A stretch of DNA of 32,000 nucleotides from Nitrospira sp. (GTDB lineage: Bacteria > Nitrospirota > Nitrospiria > Nitrospirales > Nitrospiraceae), in contig BQXA01000006.1 in assembly GCA_036984345.1 (NCBI GenBank), positions 37,586 to 69,585 on the forward strand, in the 5' to 3' direction. Shown in pieces: positions 16,080 through 25,149 of the stretch. The stretch's first letter is position 1. Each line of letters starts with the position of its first letter. The notes under the pieces are model-generated. The model was not told the origin of the DNA and made no database searches. It saw only the letters and a list, made by a program, of their open reading frames with translations. The translations under genes were made by a program, and so were the position numbers.

Positions 16080-17516
16080 ATGACTTCACGTGTGATACCA
16101 CCACCTTTTGTGCCCAGTTCATGGCCCATGATTGGACTGTTCGTAATAGGTTCACTCTTTGCTGTGTCAGGGTGCGGCAGCGAAGACCCTTCAGCAACAT
16201 CCGGTACGCCAGCTGCCGTGACGCTCAACAGCGAGACCCTATCTTTCCCCCTATCAAGGGAGGAGGCAGACCGTTTTTTCGTCGTCACCACAACAAGCGA
16301 TGATCGGTATTACGCTGCGGGGTTCACCACGATAGGCGAAGACACTCATATGGCGGTTGCGCGTTTTGAGTCGACCGGTGGTCTTGATACCTCATTCGGT
16401 TCAAACGGAATCGCTACGGTGAACGTAGCCGTCGGCGCCGGTAAAACAGCGGAGCTGGCACGTTCCGTGGTGGTTCAGACCGACGGTCGGATTGTGGTCG
16501 CCGGACCAGTTGAGCATGACACCTCAGCAACCGGGGACGCGGCACGTGATACGGACATTGCCGTGGCTCGCTTCGACACTACCGGTCAGCTGGATCAAAC
16601 CTTCGGAACCAACGGAATCACCCGGCTCGATCTCAGTACCGGAACCATCTCCGGTACGGCTTTTCGTGGAGATACCGCCTGGGGGCTGACACTGTTACCG
16701 GATGACAGTCTGATAGTTGTGGGCGGAAAGCTCGCCGACGGATCCGGCCGTACGGATATCGATTATGCCGTCGTCAAATTGACGGCAGGCGGGGAGGTCG
16801 ATAGGTCATTCGGTACGAACGGCCTCGCCACATTGGATATCGGAACGGGAAACGACAGCCCACGCACCGCGATTGTACAACCTGATCAGAAAATTGTGGT
16901 CAGTGGTCATACGTCCAATGCAGGTGTCGTCACGACCGTCTTGTTTCGCTTGCTGCCGGATGGACAATTCGATACCAGCTTTGGGCGTGAGGGCGTGGTG
17001 AACGTTGCGCTACTCCCATTCATCGCTGAGGCCTATGACGTCGCCTTGCAGGGGGATAATCTGATCATTGCCGGCTATGGGCGTGAGACATCGGCTGGTA
17101 CTGTGGATATCATCAGTGCCCGCTTCTTGGCTGATGGAACCTGGGATAGAACGTACGGCGATGAAGGCATCGCGGTTCTAGATGTGGCCGGTGAAAACGA
17201 CAGGAGCAGAACGCTCAGAATCTTGCCGGACCAGCATGTCCTGATTGTGGGGCAGGCACAACCAACGGCTACAACGCAGGACGGTGTCGTGGCCCTACTC
17301 ACCCCTAACGGGCAGCCCGACACAAGACTAAACGGCAATGGTATGGCACTCATCGATTTCGGCGGGACAGCCGATGCCCTATTCGGATTGACTTTATCAC
17401 TTGATCAAACCAAGGCCGTGGCTGTGGGTTGGAAAGGTGTGATGGATACAGAAAGTGGCCCAACCAACAATGATGACGGACGAGTGGTCCTGCTTTCCCT
17501 CCCACCAACTCTCTAG
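16080..17516 (+). CDS. Delta-60-repeat beta-propeller lipoprotein
   Basis: ATG 16080 is preceded by GGAAAGGAAG, and the lipobox is 'LFAVSGC'. Six units of about 55-60 aa each carry '(L/V/F)D.(S/T)FG.NG(I/L)' (LDTSFGSNGIA, LDQTFGTNGIT, VDRSFGTNGLA, FDTSFGREGVV, WDRTYGDEGIA, PDTRLNGNGMA). Confidence 0.8.
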   Translation: MTSRVIPPPFVPSSWPMIGLFVIGSLFAVSGCGSEDPSATSGTPAAVTLNSETLSFPLSREEADRFFVVTTTSDDRYYAAGFTTIGEDTHMAVARFESTGGLDTSFGSNGIATVNVAVGAGKTAELARSVVVQTDGRIVVAGPVEHDTSATGDAARDTDIAVARFDTTGQLDQTFGTNGITRLDLSTGTISGTAFRGDTAWGLTLLPDDSLIVVGGKLADGSGRTDIDYAVVKLTAGGEVDRSFGTNGLATLDIGTGNDSPRTAIVQPDQKIVVSGHTSNAGVVTTVLFRLLPDGQFDTSFGREGVVNVALLPFIAEAYDVALQGDNLIIAGYGRETSAGTVDIISARFLADGTWDRTYGDEGIAVLDVAGENDRSRTLRILPDQHVLIVGQAQPTATTQDGVVALLTPNGQPDTRLNGNGMALIDFGGTADALFGLTLSLDQTKAVAVGWKGVMDTESGPTNNDDGRVVLLSLPPTL

Positions 17517-17616
17517 TGAGTGGTTCAAGCCGGTGACTGACGGATGAAGCGGAACTCGCACGTCCGTCATCACCGATCAACATGTACAGATGACCGAATT
17601 AATCTCGTGGTTTGAT

Positions 17617-18429
17617 CTACACGGCACTATATCGGAGCTTGTTGTAGAGGCGTTGGCCCAAACGTAGCGTTGGGCCGGCTCCTCCAATCGCCACAGCATC
17701 AACCAGACAATACCAAGCGCCGACTCCACTGGGTGGGTTCCCTTGCGGCCAGCCTAATAGCGGATCGATGGCCGCCCAGTGCCAAGCGCCAACCGCCGTC
17801 CCGAGCAATTCTAACCAGGTAGTGATAAAGAAGGCTGCCAGGTAGACCATCGGAGATCGTCCTATAAGCAACCAGACCAGAAATATAGAGAACAACAGGG
17901 CCCCAACCGCATCTCCGCGTTCGGGATACCCACTAACGCCCCAAATCGACCATGCTCCCCAGACTCCGATCACGAACAGGGTAATCTTTTTAGGATGACG
18001 GATGAATAGACCGGAACGCGCCATAGCGACAGCAGTAAGGTAGACCATCCCATGCCCTGGTGGGACGTAGGCAGGAACATTCTCAAATTGATAGGTGTAG
18101 CCCCCCATGTAAATTGAAGCAAAATGCTCGCCCACCGTTGCAAAGATGACCGCAATGGCCACTTGGACCCTGGTTTCTCTATTCTCACCCAGTAAGAGCG
18201 CAGCGAGAAACACCCATGCGAGAGTTCCTAAGAGATACTGACGTTCAACGCTGGCACTCATCTCGAAAAGTGAACTAAGGCCAACGCAGAGAAATGTGAT
18301 GCCGGCAATCAGGTAGTCGCGAGTCCGGTGTCCATCGGTATTTGTACCGCTCGGGAAATGGCGGAGCGCGATTCGTTCAAGGTTGGTGAACCATGAAAGC
18401 GTACGATTGGTACCTGTACAGGATTCCAT
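17617..18429 (-). CDS. Polytopic integral membrane protein, unknown function
   Basis: A 270-aa ORF with about 7 hydrophobic segments and motifs such as 'GGYTYQFENVPAYVPPGHG'. The start is uncertain, and I recognise no family. Confidence 0.6.
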   Translation of the reverse strand: MESCTGTNRTLSWFTNLERIALRHFPSGTNTDGHRTRDYLIAGITFLCVGLSSLFEMSASVERQYLLGTLAWVFLAALLLGENRETRVQVAIAVIFATVGEHFASIYMGGYTYQFENVPAYVPPGHGMVYLTAVAMARSGLFIRHPKKITLFVIGVWGAWSIWGVSGYPERGDAVGALLFSIFLVWLLIGRSPMVYLAAFFITTWLELLGTAVGAWHWAAIDPLLGWPQGNPPSGVGAWYCLVDAVAIGGAGPTLRLGQRLYNKLRYSAV

Positions 18430-18616
18430 ACGAGGATCAAGGATACTATAGTGTCAAGCTCTTACGCCGGATCCTAGGCTACCCAGTCGTCAAGCTCGTA
18501 GCCCGTAAATCGTTCGTTCAGAATAATACAGGACGACCGAAAAATGGGCAAGACACGGACCTGCAGGATCCATTTCTCATGCGTTCGGACGGAGGAATAG
18601 CGGTTGGAAGATCTTC

Positions 18617-18670
18617 AAAAAAGAAAACGCCGACCCGCTTGGCCATCTTGCGATGGTAGCGGATCGGCGT
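18617..18670 (-). terminator. Rho-independent terminator downstream of amoB
   Basis: On the minus strand, ACGCCGATCCGCT...AGCGGGTCGGCGT forms a 13-bp outer stem with one G-U pair plus inner CCATC/GATGG pairing. TTTTCTTTTTTG follows. It starts 18 nt after the amoB stop. Confidence 0.75.
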
Positions 18671-18687
18671 CATCACTTAGGGAACTA

Positions 18688-19947
18688 CTACATCCCTAGC
18701 TTGGTGAATACCGGAATGACCGGTGCTGAAATTGAGTTGATGAGACGATCACCGGATTCGGTGAAGGACATCAACAACCCAGCAAACCGCTGATCCGGGT
18801 CATGAAGGATATCCACGAGACGTTGAACCTCCCAGAGGACGTCCTTCGACTCAATGTGGATATCGACGGTCTCACCAGGATTGATTGGACCATCATGGTC
18901 CGAAGTCAAACCTTCCTGCGCTACAAGTTCGGCAGGATATTCTGGGTCAAGATTCCGCTGCTGGCCGGTCTTGTTCAGGAACCGGATTCCAGCTGTGGTA
19001 AACTCGCCGATGCTCACCGGCTCGGTGCCGTTGTTTGTAGCATGGAGCACCAGTCGCAGGGCACGACCAGGAACATCGTACTCTGCATGGGTAACTTCCA
19101 CTGAAAAAGGATTCGGCTTGATCGGTAACGGCTTGATCTTGGTTTCACCAGCTTGCAGAGGAACGCTCACAGGATGCCGTCCTTCTGCAGCGAGATACCC
19201 AACCAGCACAACGACCAGCGTGAAGATCAAAACCGCAGTTCCCACTTTTCGATCAATCGGATCCAAGAGAATCTCGTCGCCATAGGCAGCCAAGACTCTG
19301 GCACGGACCAGGTACATTGGCCTGATGGCAAACCAACCTACCCAGAAGATACCGATCGCGATCCAGAACACGTGCCACATGATTCCAGTCATTGAACCCA
19401 TGGTCTCTGAATCGAACGTTTCACCGGTGAGCGTCTTGACCGGATTTACGAAATCCTCATATCGACCGGTGATATCCATCCATCCGCCTGGTCCGGCCAC
19501 AGGACCGGCTCTCTCCACCGCAAGCATTGGATGGATGTGGTGATGACCAGGGAGTCTAGCTTTCAGTTTGACTTCATACGTATAGTCACGACCGATTTCC
19601 AATGGACCGGAATTGAACATCGGTGTGCCATTCATCTTGGAGCTAAGACGCACGAACACTGAACTCGGTGACCCGACGTTCAGGAAGGTCCGCTCCGGCT
19701 TCACGACCGCTCGAGGCCAGTCTTCCGATAGATGGAAGCTGCCCTTGAGGTAGGCGATATCATTAATCGCCGTTGATTTCCCAACCCACTGTGTGTCGTA
19801 CCAATTTACAGTTCTCATCCGGAGAAACGGTTCCTGAGACCGTTCCCCGTGAGCCGATGCGGAGGAAATCAACCCAGGCGCAAACGCCAGCGTCGCCATC
19901 CCGCAAAGACCCAGTATTGATAATTTCAAGACGTGCTTGGCGTTCAT
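18688..19947 (-). CDS. amoB: Ammonia monooxygenase subunit B
   Basis: 419 aa with a signal peptide ending 'SASA|[19 protein letters not shown]', the mature N-terminal His typical of PmoB/AmoB. It has two TM helices mid-protein and a C-terminal cupredoxin-like domain. Its ATG overlaps the amoA stop (ATGA). Confidence 0.95.
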   Translation of the reverse strand: MNAKHVLKLSILGLCGMATLAFAPGLISSASAHGERSQEPFLRMRTVNWYDTQWVGKSTAINDIAYLKGSFHLSEDWPRAVVKPERTFLNVGSPSSVFVRLSSKMNGTPMFNSGPLEIGRDYTYEVKLKARLPGHHHIHPMLAVERAGPVAGPGGWMDITGRYEDFVNPVKTLTGETFDSETMGSMTGIMWHVFWIAIGIFWVGWFAIRPMYLVRARVLAAYGDEILLDPIDRKVGTAVLIFTLVVVLVGYLAAEGRHPVSVPLQAGETKIKPLPIKPNPFSVEVTHAEYDVPGRALRLVLHATNNGTEPVSIGEFTTAGIRFLNKTGQQRNLDPEYPAELVAQEGLTSDHDGPINPGETVDIHIESKDVLWEVQRLVDILHDPDQRFAGLLMSFTESGDRLINSISAPVIPVFTKLGM

Positions 19948-20789
19948 GCTTTTCCTCCAGACAGTTTAGCCTTATCTCCATGCGCTAATGTCGCATATGC
20001 GAAAACGTCGTGCACCTTCGTCGTTCGTTGTCTGTCATCCGTCAGGTAGAAGTAGGACGTGCAGAAGAACTTCCCGAACTGCCACCAGAGAATGTAGGTT
20101 AATGACGACGCGAATGCAGCGAAGAAAGCGGAAATCATGGTGCTGTGTCCGCCGAATGTCCGCAATGATCCGACTTCGATCATCCGGATGTATTCAGGAG
20201 TTCCGGTTCGGACGTACATAAAGCCCATGTAGTCAGCCCAGGACAGCAACGCCCCATCGACCACGAGAGGCGTGTGGCTATAGGCGAAGATCGGCCAGTT
20301 AGACGGATAGAACAGTGCCGCGTACATCCAGGCTCCAATCACCGCTGTCAGGGTCCAATTCCTGGTCAGCAGGAGGACGATGTCCAACACCAACGCACTC
20401 GGAATCAATGTGGCCGGCATGACGAAATTCGGAGGATAATTGGACCACCACCACCATGACGTGTAGACGGCGACCCATTTCCCAAAGCCTAGAGCCAAGA
20501 TACAGAGTGTGGCTCCGAACGGCTGCCGATAGTTGACCCAGTTATAGTACTGGAGAGCTGCGCAGAAGGTAATCGTGGTGATTGGAGTTACAATCGGCCA
20601 CCACTGCCGGTCTTTCCAATCTATCCAGAAATCCCAGTCTCCGCACAGTAACGCAGTGTGCATGTGAAACGTCCCGACGATGGTCACGAATAAGATCGGG
20701 ACAAAATAAATGTAGTCGATGTGCCGGGACATTGCGACGCCTTCCGGCGGCAATTTCGAGGCCTTAATAATTTCATCGGTTCTAAACAT
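19944..20789 (-). CDS. amoA: Ammonia monooxygenase subunit A
   Basis: 281 aa. '[21 protein letters not shown]...[16 protein letters not shown]...[11 protein letters not shown]...[24 protein letters not shown]' is collinear with bacterial AmoA as I recall it from Nitrosomonas, but clearly divergent. GGAGGA lies 8 nt upstream. Confidence 0.97.
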   Translation of the reverse strand: MFRTDEIIKASKLPPEGVAMSRHIDYIYFVPILFVTIVGTFHMHTALLCGDWDFWIDWKDRQWWPIVTPITTITFCAALQYYNWVNYRQPFGATLCILALGFGKWVAVYTSWWWWSNYPPNFVMPATLIPSALVLDIVLLLTRNWTLTAVIGAWMYAALFYPSNWPIFAYSHTPLVVDGALLSWADYMGFMYVRTGTPEYIRMIEVGSLRTFGGHSTMISAFFAAFASSLTYILWWQFGKFFCTSYFYLTDDRQRTTKVHDVFAYATLAHGDKAKLSGGKA

Positions 20790-20901
20790 AACTGAGCTCC
20801 TCCGTCAATTCAGCCGGTTGAGGCTAACCTGGGCTCTTATCCTTTGTACCCCAAAGCTAGCCTCGGATACCGACCATGATTCATGTGGACTGCAACATCA
20901 C

Positions 20902-21720
20902 TTAGTAGCCAGGCTTGGCGTTGGGATCCACCTGGCTGGGGAACGGATCCAGGATGCTCTTCGGCGCATTGTTCCAGATCACGTCCGCCAGGTTCGACAT
21001 GCGGCTCACAATCTGCGCCGCCACGCCCCCGCCGGCCCCGAACAACCCGCACCAGCCCAACGTCACAAAGCCCCAGTGCAATGGCGCCGCAAACAGCTCA
21101 TCCACAAACCAGAACGCATGGCCCCACTCGTTGAGCCCCACGTTCGGCAGAATGAACATCGGCCCCACCACCGCCGCCACCAACGGAAACGACGTCGCCT
21201 GGTTGTACAGCGGCAACCGCGTCTGCGCATACAGGTAGCTCGACACGCCGCACGTGATGTACAGCGGGAACGTCCCGTAGAACGCCACAATGTGGCTCGC
21301 CGTGAAGCTCGTGTCCCGGATGATCACTTGGTGCCATGCCGCATCCTGCTCAAGCGTGTAGCTCCCCGCGTAGTACACACCCCAGATGTAGCACACCAAC
21401 CAGCCCATGAAATAAAAGTACCGCTTCAGCTCCAGCTTCGGGTCCAGGTTCGCGAGGTTGCGATCCCGCGTGACCCAAATCCAGCCCACCGACACGGCAA
21501 AGAAGATGGCGTTCGCGACGATGTTAAACCGCCACAGCCCCATCCACACCGATTCGAACTCCGGGGTCATCGAGTCGAGCCCGTGGGAGTAGCCGAACGT
21601 CCGTTGATACACCACCCAAAACACGCCGATCGCCAACATCGCAAACCAGCCGATCTTGGCTGGCCGCGAGTCGTACCACTGCGAAATGTCGTACCCTCGC
21701 CCCGAACTGTCAGCAGCCAT
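20902..21720 (-). CDS. amoC: Ammonia monooxygenase subunit C
   Basis: 272 aa. '[11 protein letters not shown]...[16 protein letters not shown]...[12 protein letters not shown]...[29 protein letters not shown]' matches AmoC/PmoC. AAGGAGGT lies upstream of the ATG. Confidence 0.95.
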   Translation of the reverse strand: MAADSSGRGYDISQWYDSRPAKIGWFAMLAIGVFWVVYQRTFGYSHGLDSMTPEFESVWMGLWRFNIVANAIFFAVSVGWIWVTRDRNLANLDPKLELKRYFYFMGWLVCYIWGVYYAGSYTLEQDAAWHQVIIRDTSFTASHIVAFYGTFPLYITCGVSSYLYAQTRLPLYNQATSFPLVAAVVGPMFILPNVGLNEWGHAFWFVDELFAAPLHWGFVTLGWCGLFGAGGGVAAQIVSRMSNLADVIWNNAPKSILDPFPSQVDPNAKPGY

Positions 21721-22373
21721 ATCCTCTACCTCCTTGTGTTGAATGAAAGAGCGCGACCACTGAATGCCACGTTTACTAGAAAGGATCTTCCAGCAGGCAA
21801 ACTAAGTACTCTGCTGGTTGGACCCGAAAAAGGTGCACAAGTATCTGACAAATATTCGAGACGAGTCAAGCAAAATATCACGCGTGAGACCAACCAAAAG
21901 CCTTGTAAAATGCACACGAAACGGCTCGGCTAGTGTCCGCACGTATACTCCTGCAGGGGACACAAAGTCAAGATCGGTCAAGCTGCGATCTGATATTTGT
22001 GCTGCTTATGAATGACCGACTGTGCTGACAAACACGACTTTGAATTCATGATAAGTTTGACCCGCTACGAAAGAGGGGGACATCCACCGTGACGCAGTGC
22101 GCCAGGGACCTCGAGTGTTTCTGGAGAGCGTCGCTCTTAATGCTACAGTCAATGGTGGGCTCAACCACGTAGGAAGCGACCATTAAAATTTAGAACTTGA
22201 CGGAATCCTTACCAGCGGTAAATCCCTGAAGAGAGAGGACGATCGATTTTTGATCATCGGAGCAAGCGTGTAGGTTGCTTTGCTCGCCAGGCTGGTGCTC
22301 GCCATCGAACATAAGAAAGAAAGCGAGGCTTTGACTTGACCAACGGCGCATGTACCAAAGCTGAGACAACTGG

Positions 22374-22407
22374 TGCCTCGTTCAAGGTGGTCACCTTGAA
22401 CGAGGCA
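22374..22407. repeat. 34-bp palindrome (two perfect 16-nt arms) in the amoC upstream region
   Basis: TGCCTCGTTCAAGGTG gt CACCTTGAACGAGGCA, verified by reverse-complementing the left arm. No flanking U-tract on either strand. Confidence 0.85.
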
Positions 22408-22473
22408 AAGGTTACGAACGAACCAGTCCTTCGCTAGCGGGTCATGATTCGCATTTCCGTTTATATCCAGCAC

Positions 22474-22506
22474 GGCACCCGAGAGAGACCTACTGACTCG
22501 GGTGCC
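22474..22506 (-). terminator. Stem-loop immediately downstream of the amoD/E-like gene cluster (weak terminator candidate)
   Basis: GGCACCCGAG/CTCGGGTGCC forms a 10-bp perfect stem with a 13-nt loop. It lies 25 nt after the stop at 22531. There is no clean U-tract. Confidence 0.4.
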
Positions 22507-22530
22507 TAGGGAGGAGTGTCCTAAGATGGA

Positions 22531-23124
22531 TCAGCCGCCCGCAGGCCGCGTGGCCTCTGAAGGTTTGCGACGATCGCGAAAAGAGAAGAACAAAACCACT
22601 GCGAGACCTACTACAACAGGCACAATGACCATGATGTAATGTGAGAGATGGGACATGATTCCCGTTTCACCAACCGAAAACGGGAGGCGTGACATGTGTT
22701 CCCCATTGTCGCCGACTGAAACCAAGCCAATGAATTTTCCTGGCTTATCAAAATTGTACTTCACATCAATGGATCCGGTCGGATAGACCTTGGGGGGGAG
22801 ATGCGCAACTGTCACGGCCTCAAGATTATCTTCCGATCCGGTGTCGTTGATAATCCGCACTTCGACCGGAAGAGAGCGTAGTTCCTTTTCCACATAGTCG
22901 AAGACCAACACGGCATTTCCCATACCCGGCAACTCCTGACAAAATTGCCGTTCATAGTAGGTGTCCGGTAGATAGGAGTGGAAATACATCTTATAGGGTC
23001 CGATATGAAGGACACAGGTATCCGGAGCCAATTCATGTCCATGCTGAGCCAACGCCGTGAACGGAGCGGCAACGAGTAGAAAAAGACAGTACACCCAAGC
23101 ACGAATCAGAATGTGAGGGGACAT
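22531..23124 (-). CDS. AmoD/AmoE/PmoD-family periplasmic copper-protein paralog 1 (variant metal motif)
   Basis: Signal peptide 'LFLLVAAPFTALA' and a C-terminal TM anchor followed by basic residues. About half the positions are identical to paralog 2 by eye. ATG 23124 is preceded by AAGAGG, and the track start at 23145 is TTG. The motif region 'CVLHIGPYKMYFH' differs from the other two paralogs. Confidence 0.8.
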   Translation of the reverse strand: MSPHILIRAWVYCLFLLVAAPFTALAQHGHELAPDTCVLHIGPYKMYFHSYLPDTYYERQFCQELPGMGNAVLVFDYVEKELRSLPVEVRIINDTGSEDNLEAVTVAHLPPKVYPTGSIDVKYNFDKPGKFIGLVSVGDNGEHMSRLPFSVGETGIMSHLSHYIMVIVPVVVGLAVVLFFSFRDRRKPSEATRPAGG

Positions 23125-23164
23125 GTTTAACCTCTTCGTTATCAAAAAATCACTCGCTGAGCTC

Positions 23165-23749
23165 TTAGGAAGCCGCCTTTTTCTCAGGCTTGCGATCGCG
23201 CATGAAAAAGAAAATTGCTCCTACGATTAGAGTTGCCACCACAGGCACCATATAGATGTTCAGGAACTTTGAAAAGAATTTCGGCTCACCGACCGAGAAT
23301 GGAAATTTTGAGACGTGCTCCTTGTTTTCCCCTACCGTCACGATACCGACGAATTTACCGGGATTCGGGAAGGTATGAGTGAAGTCGATCGATCCATTTC
23401 CGTACACTTTCGGAGGAAGATGAAGGACCGTGATGTTCTCGATGTCCTCTTCAGATCCGGTATCTTTGATGATACGAACTTCGGCCGGAAGGGACCGAAG
23501 TTCTTGTTCGATATAATCCAGCACGACAATCGTCTGGCCTGTCGCTGGGATGTCCTCACAGAACTGTTTATCTTGTGTGTTCTCAGGTTGGTACCCACTG
23601 AAGTGCATCATGTATGGTCCAACCGTGAGCTTACACATATCTTCCGCCATCGACAGCCCCCCGTGCGCATAGGCCTGTGAGGACAAGAGAGCAGTCAACG
23701 CAAATACCGCGCATCCAACTGTCGGCTTCGGGAAAAGAAAAAATTTCAT
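23165..23749 (-). CDS. AmoD/AmoE/PmoD-family periplasmic copper-protein paralog 2
   Basis: Signal peptide 'CAVFALTALLSSQAYA|HGG', the motif 'CKLTVGPYMMH' (C-x7-M-x-H) and a C-terminal TM anchor. ATG 23749 is preceded by GAGAGGGA. The longer track ORF (to 23860) overlaps paralog 3 and is rejected. Confidence 0.85.
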   Translation of the reverse strand: MKFFLFPKPTVGCAVFALTALLSSQAYAHGGLSMAEDMCKLTVGPYMMHFSGYQPENTQDKQFCEDIPATGQTIVVLDYIEQELRSLPAEVRIIKDTGSEEDIENITVLHLPPKVYGNGSIDFTHTFPNPGKFVGIVTVGENKEHVSKFPFSVGEPKFFSKFLNIYMVPVVATLIVGAIFFFMRDRKPEKKAAS

Positions 23750-23801
23750 GGGTGGTCCCTCTCTGGAATAAGGAGTGATTACGTATTGGTCAACATACTG
23801 T

Positions 23802-24389
23802 TTATGACCGACGGCGAGCAGCCCACCAACCCCGGAATCGGCCTGACTTTGAGAGCTCATATCCGATGATCCCCAGGACTAGAAGTAGTGCTAACGGGCC
23901 GAGGGCGGACCGGCCAATTTTTGAGTAGTCAACCTGTTGCACCCGTAACAAATAGGCAGAAGGGCTGAGCCCCTCTGCCGTGATGATCACTTTATACAAA
24001 CCTTTATCCAGATTCGCTTCACCTCGCACGACTCCATCTGGATGGGATGTCGGTCTCCAATAGGCAACCGTTTGCGTCTCGTCCTGATTGTTTTCATTAA
24101 CCCCTCGAATAATTTTGACCCCTACCGGCAGGGTACGAAGGCTTGGATCGACAAGATCCACTACGAGGAAGGTATCACCGACATCCGGAATATCTGTACA
24201 GTATTGAGCTTTTGGCTCAATCTGAGGCTGATACGCACTGAAGTGCACCATGCTGCCACCGATTTTTCGCACACACGGATCCTCTTCAATGGTGACATTG
24301 CCATGAGCGGCAGCGGGAGCTGGACTAATACCCATTGGACTGATGAGCAGGAGAAACAATGATCCTATATAGGTGGCGTATTTAATCAT
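23802..24389 (-). CDS. AmoD/AmoE/PmoD-family periplasmic copper-protein paralog 3 (most divergent)
   Basis: Signal peptide ending 'PAAA|HGN', the motif 'CVRKIGGSMVH' (C-x7-M-x-H), a shared 'Q(F/Y)C.DIP' block and a C-terminal TM anchor. Confidence 0.8.
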   Translation of the reverse strand: MIKYATYIGSLFLLLISPMGISPAPAAAHGNVTIEEDPCVRKIGGSMVHFSAYQPQIEPKAQYCTDIPDVGDTFLVVDLVDPSLRTLPVGVKIIRGVNENNQDETQTVAYWRPTSHPDGVVRGEANLDKGLYKVIITAEGLSPSAYLLRVQQVDYSKIGRSALGPLALLLVLGIIGYELSKSGRFRGWWAARRRS

Positions 24390-24594
24390 AATATTATTGG
24401 CCGTATCTGCTGTTCACAGAGGGTTGGGAACCATCAAAATCTACCACCGTGCGGTTGGCTCTTTCAAGTGGCCAATATTGTTGACTCGGTCTGGCGTGAT
24501 GCGTTAGGGCCGCCGTACGACCTCGCACCTGAGAATGTGAGAATTGGTCTCAACGAAACTGAGAAGTAAACTCGAAATGAATCTATTTCTCGAG

Positions 24595-24624
24595 TTGACG
24601 CTGATCAACAGACGTGCTGATAAT
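24595..24624 (+). promoter_or_regulatory. Candidate sigma70 promoter of the bfr pair
   Basis: TTGACG (24595-24600), an 18-nt spacer, then GATAAT (24619-24624). AAAGGAGG lies at 24651-24658 ahead of ATG 24665. Confidence 0.5.
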
Positions 24625-24664
24625 GTAAATACGTTTGTGAATCCATTTCCAAAGGAGGCCAGTC

Positions 24665-25141
24665 ATGAAAGCAAAAGAGGGAGTCATCACTATCTTAAAT
24701 AAGATTCTGACCGCTGACTTAACCGCCATTAACCAGTATTTTGTCCATGCGAAAATGTGTGACAATTGGGGATACGAGCGGCTCCATCAGAGCGTGCGCG
24801 AACGGAGCATCGACGAGATGAAGGACGCCGATGAGCTTATCGGTCATATCCTGTACCTTGAAGGTGTGCCCAATGTCCAACGCATGAACTCGGTGCAGGT
24901 GGGCGAGACCGTACCGGAGCAGCTGAAGCTGGACTTAAAGGCAGAACAGGAAATGCTGACCTTATTGAATGAAGGGATCGTGCACTGCGCGAAAGTCTCG
25001 GATTTTACGACTCGCCATATGTTTGAGGACATGGCGAAAGATGTTGATGAGCATATCGATTGGATTGAAACTCAACTGGAAACGATCAAGCAAGTCGGCT
25101 TGGAGAACTATCTTGCCGAACAAATCAAGAAAGACTCTTGA
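24665..25141 (+). CDS. bfr: Bacterioferritin subunit, heme-ligand type (Met52 present, ferroxidase site degenerate)
   Basis: 158 aa, collinear with E. coli Bfr without gaps. Position 52 is Met, while positions 18/54/127 are Asp/Asp/Val instead of Glu/His/Glu. Confidence 0.9.
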   Translation: MKAKEGVITILNKILTADLTAINQYFVHAKMCDNWGYERLHQSVRERSIDEMKDADELIGHILYLEGVPNVQRMNSVQVGETVPEQLKLDLKAEQEMLTLLNEGIVHCAKVSDFTTRHMFEDMAKDVDEHIDWIETQLETIKQVGLENYLAEQIKKDS

Positions 25142-25149
25142 GCGAGGAA

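Noticed and set aside
20719-21933. 404-aa ORF on the plus strand, the longest ORF in this part of the window.
   Set aside because: It lies exactly antisense to amoC, is extremely Arg/Pro/His-rich with low complexity and has no RBS. It is a stop-free shadow frame caused by the GC3-rich amoC coding strand.
22183-22473. 96-aa minus-strand ORF in the amoC upstream region.
   Set aside because: Its GTG start sits directly against the foot of the 22474-22506 hairpin. The ORF reads straight through the 34-bp perfect palindrome. It has no RBS and no recognisable features, so I treat the region as non-coding.
23750-23860. N-terminal extension of AmoD/E-like paralog 2 (track ORF 23165..23860).
   Set aside because: The extension overlaps the 3' end of paralog 3 and lacks signal-peptide character. 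The internal ATG at 23749 has an RBS and begins a canonical signal peptide homologous to those of the other paralogs.
24619-24637. Fur-box-like sequence GATAATGTAAATACGTTTG overlapping the bfr -10 element.
   Set aside because: It matches only 12/19 positions, with the right half essentially unmatched. The match is largely the -10 hexamer itself. Direct Fur repression of an iron-storage gene would also be atypical, so I do not call it.
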